A stretch of 63,857 bases of DNA, counting the filler, from Reticulomyxa filosa (taxonomy: Eukaryota; Protista; Foraminifera), in the NCBI GenBank assembly GCA_000512085.1. It is 21 parts of 21 records of this genome, joined end to end, with 100 filler letters (N's around TTAATTAATTAA, not from the genome) between each part and the next. Parts side by side here need not be neighbours in the genome. Positions count along the whole stretch, not along the records: positions 38,268 to 39,751 come from ASPP01024716.1; positions 39,852 to 41,394 come from ASPP01027896.1; positions 41,495 to 42,556 come from ASPP01027558.1; positions 42,657 to 46,844 come from ASPP01026204.1; positions 46,945 to 55,507 come from ASPP01023531.1; 16 more parts are not named here. One strand, 5' to 3'. Position 1 is the first letter of the stretch, and every line of letters begins with the position of its first letter. The notes under the pieces were generated by a model, which was not told the DNA's origin, made no database searches, and worked only from the letters and a program-made list of their open reading frames with translations. A program made the position numbers and the translations under genes. This document shows, piece by piece, positions 38,168 through 51,243 of this stretch.

Positions 38168-39937
38168 NNNNNNNNNNNNNNNNNNNNNNNNNNNNNNNNN
38201 NNNNNNNNNNNTTAATTAATTAANNNNNNNNNNNNNNNNNNNNNNNNNNNNNNNNNNNNNNNNNNNNAAGAAAAGAGACTAGAATATGGCGATCATTATC
38301 TTTTCCATGGATATGTGACAATAATATTGATTGCTTCGAACGTTACTCGATTTGTTGTTTTGGTCACTATCTCATGCAAGTGATCTAAGTCGAGATAATC
38401 ATTTTCAACATGATTTTTAGTCACAACAAAACTATAGTGACAATGGAGCAAAAGGAAACTAAAATAAAAGGCGAATCATTGACTTATCGTGATCGTTTCT
38501 ACAAAATCTTTTTGAAAACTCAATCAAACTGCAGTCATTGACTGTAATTAGATCAAGAAAAAAGTGAAATGAAAAAAATGTGACTATCATTCGATCTTAG
38601 TAATGTCTTTCGTTTTTTTATAAAAAATCTTTGCAATCAATTTTTTTAATAAGAAATCTGAAAAATTTTGTAGAATTTTTCAATTAATTAATTATATTTG
38701 ATTAACGGCATTAGTCTCAAAACTTGGTAATCCGCTTTTTCACTTAACTTTCAACTAGCTTCCGCTGTGCGGGCCCAGTGTTTTAAATATTTATTTATTT
38801 TTAAGTTTAGCAAAGCAATATCTTGAAATTGTGTTTGTTTTTTTCTCAATGAAAACACCAGACTCAAACACCTACAAACAACAAAGCAATGCTTTTTTTT
38901 GTGCACAAAAAAAGAAAAAAATAGACTGAAATAAAATAAAAAAAATCAAAGAAAAACTAAAACAGAAGAAAAAAAGAAGAAAAAATTATGAAAAAAAACA
39001 TGAGATGAAAAACTAAATTGAAAAAAAAAAACAATATTGAAAATGGCAGACCTTTTTTCATGCCCTGGTGAGAATACAAACTAAGTATTTCACATTTCAA
39101 TATCCTCAAAAACTCTGTGAAAGCTGACAACGTCGGTTGGGAGAAATCACGAAGATGAGAAAAACTCTAACACATTATTTTTGGAACATTACTTTTCTCA
39201 TTGTGACATAAACAGCTCTTTTTGTTTTGGAGACTTGAACAAAGCAAACAAAGTGAATCCCTTTGGTTCATCTCCTTAGTCTTTGAAAATGTCAGCCAAC
39301 TTCAGTTGGCGTAGTGATCACATCGACAATGGTGCTTGGGTGCATTCATTGGGTTCACAAGAGTTTATCTTGAACACCTATCACAATGAGATGAAATGGG
39401 AAGACATTCCCAAACATGTGACGGACCCTAAACACGCTTCCAGTGGAAATCGAAAATCCCAACAAGAAAGTGGCATTGCGTGGTCACAAAAGGACAAAGC
39501 CGAGGAAACTTCAGGTCTTTTTTTAAATTTTCTTTCGTTTTATTTTATCCAATTTATCCATTTGCCCCTTTTCACATTACAAAAAAAAAAAAAAAAAAAA
39601 AATTTTAAAAAATGCAAGCAGTAGAATCAGGGGATGAAGAAGAAGTGAATTCAAATCAAGTGTCAGGTAACAATGAGGCCAATGCAAATGAAAATCTATC
39701 TCTTCACATGTTACATTCAAGCAAAGAAATGGAACAAAGTGTTTTGGACGANNNNNNNNNNNNNNNNNNNNNNNNNNNNNNNNNNNNNNNNNNNNTTAAT
39801 TAATTAANNNNNNNNNNNNNNNNNNNNNNNNNNNNNNNNNNNNNNNNNNNNGAGAAAGTCTCAAATTTTGTAGTTTGTTTTAGTCTAAAAACTGTACATA
39901 GACAAAAAAAAAAAATCCCGCATACTAATGTTCTATT

Positions 39938-41260
39938 CTATTTGGTTTTTTGATTTTTGGAGTTTTGGCCAACAAGGTCAGCCAGCATATCTAAATGCTC
40001 TTCTTGTACATTTTGTTGCTCTTTCCATTCTTTTAAAAGTAATGATTGATAATCGTGTTTGATTTGATATTGATAGCCAATCTGGAGTGTTACCAATAAA
40101 AAATTTTTGATTTTTTTTTTCTTTGTGAACAAAGAAAGTTCTTAACTTGTTTGTATCGAACAAAGCGCTCTGCACGTTCAACCAACAGTTGTAATTTTTT
40201 TCGATTGATTGAGCCGTCACTCAATTGGTAATCTTGAGACTCTTCAATTTTAAAAAATTGAGCACAAAACAGTGGCAAATAAGGGATGGCAGGTGATTCA
40301 CATCGCTCCTGCATATCAATCACGCCTCTTTTTTCCAGTCAAACAATCCTTGAAATTCTTCCCATGCTTGCCGTTGATAACTTCGTAATCCTTCCCACTT
40401 TGTTTTTTTTAAATGTTTATACAGTCTAAAAAAAAGCTGTATATTTTTTGACAAATAAATTAAAGAAATGTATGCACAAACATAAGTATATATTAATATG
40501 TATGCGTATATAAAAATAAGCGTACGGGCAATCGAACGATTCTGGTCGCAATTAAAGCGGAGTGAATAGCAGCCAAGGTATTGAAATTACGAATTTCCTG
40601 GCATTTTCTGGCAATTTCGATATATTTCATCAAAAAGCGAATGCGTCGTGAGGGTTTTTTTTCTTGTAATAGTGTAGTCTGAACCCATCTGGCTTCAGTA
40701 TTGAATTGATTAATCATTTTCACCAAATTGGGGGACGTTTTCCAGCAATTAGCTTTTTTCCAGCCCTAAAAAGAACATATACATATACGTACCACTGGAT
40801 CTATTCTATCAGAAGAGGGAAAAAAAAAAGGAAGAGAAGAGAAAGGGAGGGATAGGATAGGTACATAGGAGGGAAAAAAAAAAGAATAAGAATAGGATAA
40901 GAAAACTTTTCTGAAAAATTCTCTGGGCTGAATTTTGTTGAAAATTTGATAATTCATCAAAGTGATCTGATAAGCCAATTCTTCAGCAGACAATAAAATG
41001 GCAACAAACTTATTTGGAAAGCAAGGTTCGTACGGTTTCAAATACAGCCAGCGATGTCTTAGGTCATCAACGGGAATGACATTACCCCCCCAACTGTGAC
41101 TGTAAGTATTTTTGCCTCCGTCTTCATTGGCTAAAGCGGGATCGACTAGTTTGGGTTTGCGTATTCCAGATTCGTCTTGAGTTGGTTTTTGTCCAACACG
41201 TGCGGGGCCAGAGAGGGGTCAGTGCCACTGGCTGCAAGCTCTGCGGACCCATCAGTAGGT
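39938..41260 (-). CDS. RasGEF (CDC25 domain) protein, multi-exon, partial
   Basis: AEELAYQITLMNYQIFNKIQPREF; PNLVKMINQFN...WVQTTLL...RIRFLMKYIEIARKCQEIRNFNTLAAIHSAL; PAIPYL; GSINRKK. Confidence 0.9.
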
Positions 41261-41945
41261 ATAATATCTTTGTGACTTTGATCAGTCGCGAGAGTAAAAA
41301 AAAAAAAAAATTATAGATAAAAAAAAAAATGGATCACATTTGCTATTATTTTTTTGTTTTTTTTTTGGAATAGTTACACAAAAAAAAAAAAAAANNNNNN
41401 NNNNNNNNNNNNNNNNNNNNNNNNNNNNNNNNNNNNNNTTAATTAATTAANNNNNNNNNNNNNNNNNNNNNNNNNNNNNNNNNNNNNNNNNNNNATATAT
41501 ATTATATATATTATATATACATATATGTATATATTATATTTAACATTTTTATTATTTATTATTATATCTGCAACATCTGAACTCATATTCATTAATATTT
41601 GTGCTTGATTTAATCGATAACTTTGACGAATTTTTCCAATTTCTTCAATTGTGTCTTCATTTTTTAATTCTTCCATTTTTTCAATCCACTCCTTTTCTCT
41701 TTTTTTCTTTTTCATACTTCATTTATTTCGTCATTTTTAACTCAACATGACAACTGCACATTAATGGCAAATTCGTAGGATTAATAGACAAATATTTTAT
41801 TTCACCAAGATTGTAACGTTTGTTGCACTGTTTTAAATTTTTAAAAGTTTGTTGAGTCTTTGAGTGAGCAAATCATTAATTTTTTTTGAAGTTCTTAAAA
41901 CTTGTGATATTTTGAGGTTACTTATTTCCTAGCATTATTTGTGCC

Positions 41946-42556
41946 ATGGCCGAAGCGAGGATTCAAGCCCTTCCGGTGGTATGGCAATTTTTGGAAACTG
42001 ATACCGAATGGAATTCCTTTCCGTCGTACCTCTGTTACATGATTGAAAAAGCCTTCCAAGAAAAAAAAAAATTACTAAAATTACCCAATGACGAAGGGAC
42101 AATAGATTTTTCCACTGACCCAAACTTTTCTCTTATGGGTATGGACTGGCTCAAGCCCGTAAGAAGAGTAGATGTTAAGAGTAACTCGCAAATTTTTTTT
42201 GTTCTTTCTCGTTTTTCCAAATGAAGTGTGGACAAGGCATGCTTTTGTCATGTGACACAAGACATTTTTTGGAAAAGTAATAAAAGTATGCAGATTTGAA
42301 GGATTTGTAGAATTTCCTCAAGAACAACGAAGCTGTCTAAAATTTCGAGGTTCCCAAGGGATTTATTTTTCACTCAATGATTGCGAGAACCCGGATAAAA
42401 TGACTGTAGACACTTATGTGAGCTTCAAAATAAAAAGGGGGGCTAATCAATCTCGTGCAGTTGAAGTATGTATTCAGCCACAACCACAGTCACAGTCACA
42501 GGCACAGCCTCGACAAAGGAGCTTATGGCAATCCAAAAATGTATATTCAAGAGCAA
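41946..42556 (+). CDS. WWE domain followed by a cold-shock-like OB domain; 3' truncated
   Basis: VVWQFLETDTEWNSF...IEKAFQEK...IDF...KPVRRV (WWE). Next exon FFGKVIKVCRFEGFVEF...IYFSLND...VSFKIKRGANQSRAVEV (CSD-like). Confidence 0.6.
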
Positions 42557-43954
42557 NNNNNNNNNNNNNNNNNNNNNNNNNNNNNNNNNNNNNNNNNNNN
42601 TTAATTAATTAANNNNNNNNNNNNNNNNNNNNNNNNNNNNNNNNNNNNNNNNNNNNAGATATTTTTAAAAAAATTTTGATTAAATGTTGTTTTTTCATGG
42701 GTAAACACAATAATCTCTATAATGTGCATTTTATGTGTCAACTTTCTTTTTTATCCTACTGTACTATAGTTGTACCAATACAATACAAACTGACAAAATT
42801 AAAAAATTATATTGATAATGATACTAGCAAATGGAAAAATAAAAAGGTATAAAAAGTAAATATAAAATTTTTTTAAAAATATATATAAAGATAACATCAA
42901 GTCATTAAGACCAAACTAGTAGTTGATGGAGATTTTGAGATAAAGTGTGATATATGACATCGTCTTACATCTATAGACATGTTGAACATGTCAGTAATCT
43001 CGACATGTGTGATTAAAAATAGAACAATCGAAGTTCAATCAAGAAAAATATGCTGCAGTCCAAAAATAAAAAAAGAAAAGAAACACTTAGTGTAGTCTTC
43101 ACCTGATGACATCAACCAATAGCCACCTGATGCTTATAAATAAAAAAAACAAAGCATTTTACACATATTGTATAATCTATTTTTGGTTTAATTTAATTAA
43201 TATTTTATTTTTCGAATTATTTTAAATTTTTCATGACATATGAAGTCAAAATAGTTGCAGATGCTAGACCAAAGCATGATGAAGAATATACATCATATCA
43301 CATATTGTGGTACTCACAATGATTAGGCCTCTTTCACCTTTTGCTATTATCTATATTGAATTCTTTTTTAAGTTTTATTAAATTAATTATTGTTTATCTT
43401 AATCAATAAATTGTGTTTGCTATGATAAGTGTAATGCATTTTTTACAATTTGTTTCTTTTTATTTTGGTTTTTTAGCGCTATGTCCTTTTTGGATAAGGC
43501 TGATAAACTGTTTTCGCAAATTTAGCGCTAATATATAACTTGCATTCTCTAAAAAAAAATATTTTTTGAACTACTTGACATGCGAATTATCGACATTGCC
43601 AAAGGTGTACAAAATAAAAACTAAAAAACTATTCATATTACACAATGGTCTCATTTGCTATAAAATTTTTGGTGTGGTGTTTGTTTTGCTCAAAGAGCGA
43701 AGTAGTTTGGACTATTTGTAAAGTGCATTTTATAAACACAGAAGCACATAAGAAAAAATTTTTGCAAAATCAACAGCTATCCAAATAAACACGAACTAGA
43801 AAATTTAAACTTCTACTGTCTAAGTGATAAGAAAAATGAATTGTATATTATCGGTTTTTCTGCAGCTACTTTTCTGTTGGAAGAATTTTTGTTCTCCTAA
43901 AAAAAACTTTTGAAGTTACACTCTCAAAGACTTCAGTTGATCACATTTTGAAAA

Positions 43955-45208
43955 ATGTCTTTAACGTCCAAAGAAAATAATGAAAAAACTGAAAAAAATT
44001 TAGACCAAATTAATCCAAAAACTGATGCAGGCAATGAATCCGAAGAAGACGTTCCAGAACAGATTTTCATTCTGAGCCAATTTTTGAAACTTCATGTGCA
44101 GACACTCAGCGCGAAGTATGATCTTCCTATTGGCTGCAGTACCTACACAAATCCTGAGATTGCTCACTCAGTCCGTGACCTCTTGTTTAAAGCGCGAGCA
44201 GGTCTCACCAAATCGAACGCATTTACTAATGAATTGCTACCGTTTGTTTGCCAAGGTATAAAAAAAGAAAAAAGCAATGGCATAAGCAGCTTTTTTCCCC
44301 CCCCCCCCTTTCTCTCCTATTTCTTACTTACAATATACTTAATCAGCCCTATACGGTCCTTACACTGCTGTCTTTCGAGTATTTAGTGCAGGAATGGAGA
44401 CAATAAGGATCGAAGTTGTGGATGACGAATTGAAGATGAAGAAGAAAATGAGAACGACAAACAAGACCAAACCAGTAAAAAGGTCGAAAAAGACAAAGAA
44501 CACCAAAAGGATAAAAAGGAAAAAGATAACGCAAATGAAGAGCCTCAGTCGGACAAGCCCTCCAAAAAGGATTCAAAACCGAAAAAGGAGCCTGTCTCGC
44601 GATTCATTGATGGTTAACATGTTTTTCAAGAAGATGCAATTTTTTTCTGCCTCCACCATTTATACAAATTCAATAAAAAAATTTTAAAAAACGAGTTGTC
44701 AATGTGACAAAGTTACAAAAATGGTGTTTTTTTTTTATGATTTGTTAAAGCCATTTTGACAGACGATTTTTTGAATCAAGACTTCCTGAGCAATTTAATT
44801 CTTCAGTCATCGGTGACTTATATCAATAATTGCTGGCGTGATTATCATAAGCGATCAGATAACTTTATCGTTACCACGTTTGATACTTTGAAACAAGCAG
44901 GACAGATTCACAGGAATGCCTGTGTTTTTAATTGGGTGTGGCAAACCTTAAAAATGCTTATTGACAGTGTCTCTGATTGTATCTCAAATCAGTCCTTTCC
45001 AAATGTGGCAGTGCAAGATGCAGATGAATTTCGTGCGTATATGATCAGCATTGTCTCCATTTGTGCTGAAGAAATGAGGGAAAGCTTAAGTGAGGCCACT
45101 AAAAATGTTAAATGTGATCCAAACTGTCCAGAAGATGCATTTGATGGAAGTGATTTCATTTCAATGACGACGAAACCTCAACCCAAAAAAAAAGGAAAAA
45201 CGGGTTGA
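43955..45208 (+). CDS. Multi-exon protein of unknown function with a charged K/D/E/Q linker
   Basis: Three coding-like segments on the + strand separated by AT-rich intron-like gaps. Confidence 0.5.
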
Positions 45209-45565
45209 ATAAAACTAAAAAGTGTTGCATTTACTTGTTGTGTCTCTAAAAGTTCAATACAATTTTATATTTTGTAAGGCGTTTAAAATGCCTTCAGTTT
45301 ATATTAACTCTTTTGACATTACTTTCTCACAACATCAGGAATTCAACTCTGATGAACCCCCTTTTTAATAGAATCAATGCTGCAGCTGTAGTGATAAATG
45401 CACATTTGTTAATGGCTAATATTTTGATTATCTTATTGGATTTTTTTGTTAAAAAAAAGCGATTCGGACGTTTTAATTTTTATTTTTTCAATTATATTAC
45501 TCGGCCATTGGTTTGGCAAAAGGTAACATATTACTTAAAAGTGATAAAAAAAAAGAATGCAAATA

Positions 45566-46844
45566 TTACAACTCAAAAGTTTCCCTTCTAAAATGGCATC
45601 CAAACTCGTATGCTACTGCCTTGGCATCAACAATGAGAGGCTCGGGTCCGCAAGCATACACCAGTGCCCGACATCCATAATTTTCCAAGAAAGCCAAGTC
45701 CTTTTTTAAATTCGGTCTGGCTTGTTTCCAGCGCAGTCCTGAAACTTCATCACATACTTCATTGCCACTGCTGTGTTTTCCGCCGCGAGTGGCGTACAGC
45801 ATTAATTCCATGTTAGGCACACGGTGTTGATTTATGTCATCGAGAGTTCTTTGGAACATGGCAAATGTTTCAGGGAATCTTTTATGGTGTTTTTTTTTTG
45901 ACATAACAAGGTGTGATTATCAAACTTGTATTATCCAAATGCATAATCAATGCACACACTACATATGCATATATAAATATACATGTGCATGTGTAACAAG
46001 AGGGGGGGGGGGATATACCTGACAACCCATAACAAAACCATTTCAGGTGTTTTTGTAGCATTGCCTGCAACAATTTCGTCATGCATTGTTGCAAACACAT
46101 TGTGCATAGGAGTGCTATAATTTCGACAAGAAAGCAAAGATATTGAGTTTAAAGAAAAGCAGCAAAGTGAAAGACAAGAACAGATATACACATATACATA
46201 TATAGCATACATGCCAATGCCCCCTGCAATCAAAACCACTTTTTCATAAGCTAGAAAATCACAGTCCACTCCGTAAGGCCCTGTGTTTGATACAAACAAC
46301 GCAGTAAAAAAAAAAAAAAAAAAATTTACAATTGACACATACAAATAACAGTGGCCACACACACACACAAAACAAAAATAAAATCAAACCTTCAATGATC
46401 ACAGACAGTTGGGATGCAAGCGCTTGTTTGCCCTCAATAGCAATAGCCACATCTCTCAAACGTCGAGTGAAAAAGCCTGAGCCGACATGCGTTTTTTTGT
46501 CATTTTCGACCGTGTTTCTTCGGCCGAGTTCACTCTTCATATCTTTGATCAAGAATTCGGTGGATGTGTGGTTTAGGCTGTTGGAAACGGAGAAAGGATG
46601 AAATTGAAACGGGTCGATGTTTGGCAAGCTAACAAAGCAGTATCCGGCCAGTTTGGTGGCATGATGATCTGTTCGAAGCGATATGGTCAGCTTGGTGATA
46701 TCCTCCGACACCTGTTCCAACTGTTCCACTTTCACAATTTGGCTTGACTTCCACAAGCGAACAAGCCGCTCGAAAAACTGTAACAAGACTCCTGGCATCA
46801 TATAGAACCTTTCATATACAAAAAAAAAAACAGGTTGCATTGAT
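45566..46844 (-). CDS. Ferric reductase / NADPH-oxidase-like flavoprotein, FAD- and NAD-binding C-terminal half; multi-exon, 5' truncated
   Basis: FQFHPFSVSNS, IIEG|PYG, VVLIAGGIG..TP, LLWVVR, RPNL, VYACGPEPL, FRRETFEL*. Confidence 0.88.
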
Positions 46845-47477
46845 NNNNNNNNNNNNNNNNNNNNNNNNNNNNNNNNNNNNNNNNNNNNTTAATTAATTAA
46901 NNNNNNNNNNNNNNNNNNNNNNNNNNNNNNNNNNNNNNNNNNNNGATATATTTACATTTTACGAGAAATGATGTAGAGAGATGCAAGAAAGATTATTTTC
47001 TAGAGATTGTGTTAGATAAAAGTGAATTACAACTCTGACCAAGAATTCACTGATAACAACGGTTACCCAAACCATACGGATTTTTACTAGCCAAGAAAAG
47101 TAGAGGTAATACGATGTAAAAAAGTCACAACCAAATTTTCTCAAATCAGAAGCTTTTTAAAAAATTTGGACCAGGGAGAAAATGCTTTAGTAAACAAAAT
47201 TAAATCACTCAAATCAATCATCCCCATAGCCCTTGACAGAGCAAAAACAAAAACCAAAAAAAAACTATCTCCTTTGTGTGTCGTGAAAGTTCCTAATATG
47301 ACGCAATAAATTGCTCTTTGAAACAAATTTTTTATCGCACTGCTCACAACTAAATTTTTTATTTTGAAGATGTGTCCGCTGGTGAATTTCCAACGAATAT
47401 TTTCTGTGTGTATATACGCACGTCATTCTTCGTAAAATTTTATTTACTTTTTTTTGAAGATCTCCAACACAAAATTC

Positions 47478-48209
47478 TCATTTTACTCTCCCCTGATGGA
47501 TAAACATTATGTGCCCATACCTGCTAAATTTCTTGTGACAATGAGTGCATGCAAAAGGCTTTAGCCCAGTATGATGAGCGTTCATGTGTTTACTGAGGCT
47601 ACTTGAGTCAACAAAAGAGCTCAGACAGCACGGACATGTCTTGGATCCAGTGGAGAGGAGGGTTTTGAAATGAGTTCGATAATGATTTTGCATGTCCCAT
47701 CCGGTGCCAAATGTTTTGTTACATCCAACAAACAAACATGAAAAAGGTTTGACATGAACTTTCCGGATATGACATGTTAATCGATTTTTTGTGCTGAAGG
47801 CTTTGTCGCAATTACTACATTTATGGGCTAAGGAGATTTTTTTTTTTGATTTGCGACATTTCGACTTGTGCAATGAAAATTCTTCTGAGGTTAAGAAAAG
47901 TGACCAACACTTTCGGCACGTGATTACTATTCATTCCATATTTTACAAACGATTGTACAAATCCAAATATATTACATACAAACATGGCAGAAAAAGATGT
48001 GCTTTGCTCGAGATACAGAGACAAGTGAGCATAATTTTCAAGTTTTGTTTGGACTTACAAGAAAATAGACAGCTCCTTTCGTGAAAACGGATAGAGCCTG
48101 GGTTGTTTGGGAAAATAGCGCCACATCCTGGGCATTGCGTGGTGCTTTTGACGGCGTCACAAGTGTGGCCAGACCCGTTGAAAACACAGCTTAGGAGGAT
48201 CGAACCCAA
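47478..48209 (-). CDS. C2H2 zinc finger protein (four or more fingers); structure approximate
   Basis: HKCSNCDKAF...H...H; KPFSCLFVGCNKTF...HYRTH; CPCC...HMNAHHTGLKPFACTHCHKKF. Confidence 0.85.
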
Positions 48210-48747
48210 AATTGAAGATAAAGGTCGATAATTGCTTATGATTACCTTTTGACATAGAATAACCAGTATGATTTATATCTGTACGAGTTGCCGGGCCTGC
48301 CACGGGGAAAATACCTTGTGTGAAAAGCGCACAAGTAACTCACTTACAGGGAACCTGTTTTTGGATATTTTTGTTTCATAGAAAAATATCTACAGAAAAA
48401 AAATCATGTTATGATAACATAAACACTTAAAGACTTGTTTAAAAATACATTGTTTTGCCGAGGATAAAATTAATTAGTTATGGTTGGATAATTGAAAAGT
48501 AAATTGAAAAAATTAAAGGCACCAGAAAAGATACCAAAACAAAGCAGACAATAATTTTTCGTTGTTTTTCTTTCCAAAACTAAATTCTATTTCACAAAAC
48601 AAGGGATAACTTTTTTTTGTGTATATCATTTTGGTAAAGATTCACTAACGAAAAGCGCAAATTTTTGAAAGTTCTAAAACGTATTTTTTATTTTTATTTT
48701 TTTTTGTGGTTTTAGATAGTTTGAACAACACATTAAAAGATTTTTTT

Positions 48748-50528
48748 TTACAAGTAAGCGCTGCATGTATTATTGATTTCATTTGAAGCGTTGGCATTCT
48801 CGGTTTGAATAAATTCGGCGTCATCTTCATTTATGGAATTACTGCTCGTTGGTTCGTTTTCTAACATCCACATTTCCACATCGCTAATTTCACCACCACC
48901 TTGACCATGGATCAAATCTTGTTGTTCTCCATGGAAATGCCAATCATCATTTCCACCTCGCCAATACTCGCTATCGCACTCACTGTTAGCTTCGTATTGA
49001 TTAAACGGAAAAACGTCACAATGGAACCGTCCAGGTGTCGTCGGAAGAAACGGGCTGTTAGCGTCCTCTCCAGGGTCAAAATCTGGAGACGACTCACGAT
49101 CCCGATCAGCAGCATAACCGTTGGCATCAAGATTAGCCATAGCCTGGCCATGTTGTTCTTCGTCCCGTGATTTTTCTTGTGTCTCGTCGCCACTGCTTGC
49201 GCACGCAAATGGATGCACCGTAATCTCTTCGCTTCGTTGGTTGTTTGGCCAAACGCTATTAAGCTCGTGTTTCCCCTGGTTTTCCTTTTCGTTTTCGTTT
49301 TCACATTTGTGTTTGTCAGATACACTTCTTCCCAGGCTTGAACGTGACACGTACGTTCTCTTGCTTCCTTTATTGTTTCGGTTGTTCTGTTGCCGTTGTC
49401 CAGAGGGGAGTTCAGATCTTCCTTTTATTGTCTTTCTTTGTGTATACGTAGGAGAATTAGGGCGACACATGTCAAGTTCAACTTTCCCCTTTCTTTGTCA
49501 TCCTTTTTTTTCTTATTATTATTACTATTTTTCTTTTTCTTTTCCTCCTGTGTACAATCTCTATTGGCAGTAGGGAAGCACTTTAAACACACAAAAGAGT
49601 GTCTCTTGTGATACACGTTATCCAAATGGCTAACAACATGAGCACAAGCCCCTTGTTTTCCAATCATCGAGACTTTTTTCATGCCCTCCATCACTCCTCT
49701 TCTGCGATTGTCTCGCATCTCCATCCTTTTGACCCTTTCCCGCCCAAAACCACAGAAGACGCATGAAGGGTCAGAAGGGTAACAAGACACACTTCTCATA
49801 CCTCCACTCTTCACCTCCTCACTGTTCGTGAGGCGGTGTTCTTGTCCTCGTTGTCCTTCTTTTTCTTTGTCTTCTTTTCCCTTTCTTTCTGCACTGCGTT
49901 TCATGTCCTCAGGTCGATCAACGTCGTGTTTATCCCGTGCTACGGTCGTCTTGAATTCCAAGCTGTCCGACTTTCTCATATTCCGACCGTGATTTGTCAC
50001 GAACCAGCCGCATTTCTGCAGTTTTCCGCCATTGCGCGAAAAATACATCCTTGGTCTATCCATTCTTGCCAAAGGCGAGTTTTTGGTTTGCCAACCGCAA
50101 CGAGGTATTTGCCACAACAGCAACTTTTGCTTTTGCAACTTCTTTTTCTTCTCTTCTTCTTTCTCCGTTTTTATCATTGCTTTCGCTGCTGATGACGGTT
50201 TGAAGGCAGCCTGCTTCGAACTTTCGTTGCTGCGGTCTGGTCTAGATATCATCGATACTACTAGTTGGTCGTCTTTTGGAATGCGATACGTATGGAATTG
50301 CTCACTTGCTGACCATAGTTGAGATTTGCCACTACTCTCCTTTTTTGCCATTGACAGGCGCATTTTCGCAAGCGACACAAATCCTTTCAACACTTCGTAC
50401 CGCCAACGTAAAAGATGCTTGGAAACACGTCCCGTCTTCTTATCTCTTGGAGACATTTTGTAACGACGTCCGTCATTGCAAATTAAATGATACTTGCACA
50501 TTCTTGCTGATTTCGTAATAATAGACAT
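48748..50528 (-). CDS. Unknown basic/low-complexity protein with Cys/His clusters (probably two exons)
   Basis: Two long overlapping minus-strand ORFs (367 and 240 aa) with CVFC...C.H...H...CLKC. Confidence 0.5.
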
Positions 50529-51243
50529 TTTTTTTTTTTTTTACGATATTTAAAAAATTTTTAACTTTAGTCTAAGACCCCAAAATTTTGTGTAGTTATT
50601 GAAGAGCTTCGTGAGAAAAACAAAAAGCTAACTGTTGCACTGAAATCACACGCATGATAATGTTTTTATGCTTTTCTTAAAAAAAACATCACCAAATTAA
50701 GATGCAAAGCAAGATTTGCAACAAACCGAACCCGACCAACAAATAATCCAAAAAAACAACAGAAATACAAATTACTGCAAAACAAAATCCACCAGTTTCT
50801 GATCATTGGCCTCTTTTTACTTTTTCTTAATCATAGGGACTTGTCTTTATGGTGGGCAACTAAGACACCCAAGGAAAAAGAACCAGACAAAACACGGAAA
50901 AAAAAACAAGAAAAACAAAATCAGCTGTCGCATTTAATTATGCACTTTGAGTGGTCGGTTTTTCCGTGTTTTTTGTTTGATTTCAAATGAAACCAGTTAT
51001 GCCCAAATTCAACACAGCAATTTTTTCTTTTATGTTTTAAAAAAAATTTAGTTTTGAGGTCAAAACTAAAATGAGCAAAAATCAAATAATGACACCAAAG
51101 AAAAAGTTAAAACAAAAACACGAAAATTAGAGAAAAAAAACTCATATGTTTTTTATTTCTTGTTGCTAGCTTTTTTTAAAATTGCTCTTGCTTTTTTTTT
51201 TTTAAGTTATTCCTTCCTTCAATTTTGTGAATGTTGGAATAAA

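Noticed and set aside
38290-38600. Cluster of GTGAC/GTCAC words upstream of a gene
   Set aside because: Too short and irregular to separate from chance by eye.
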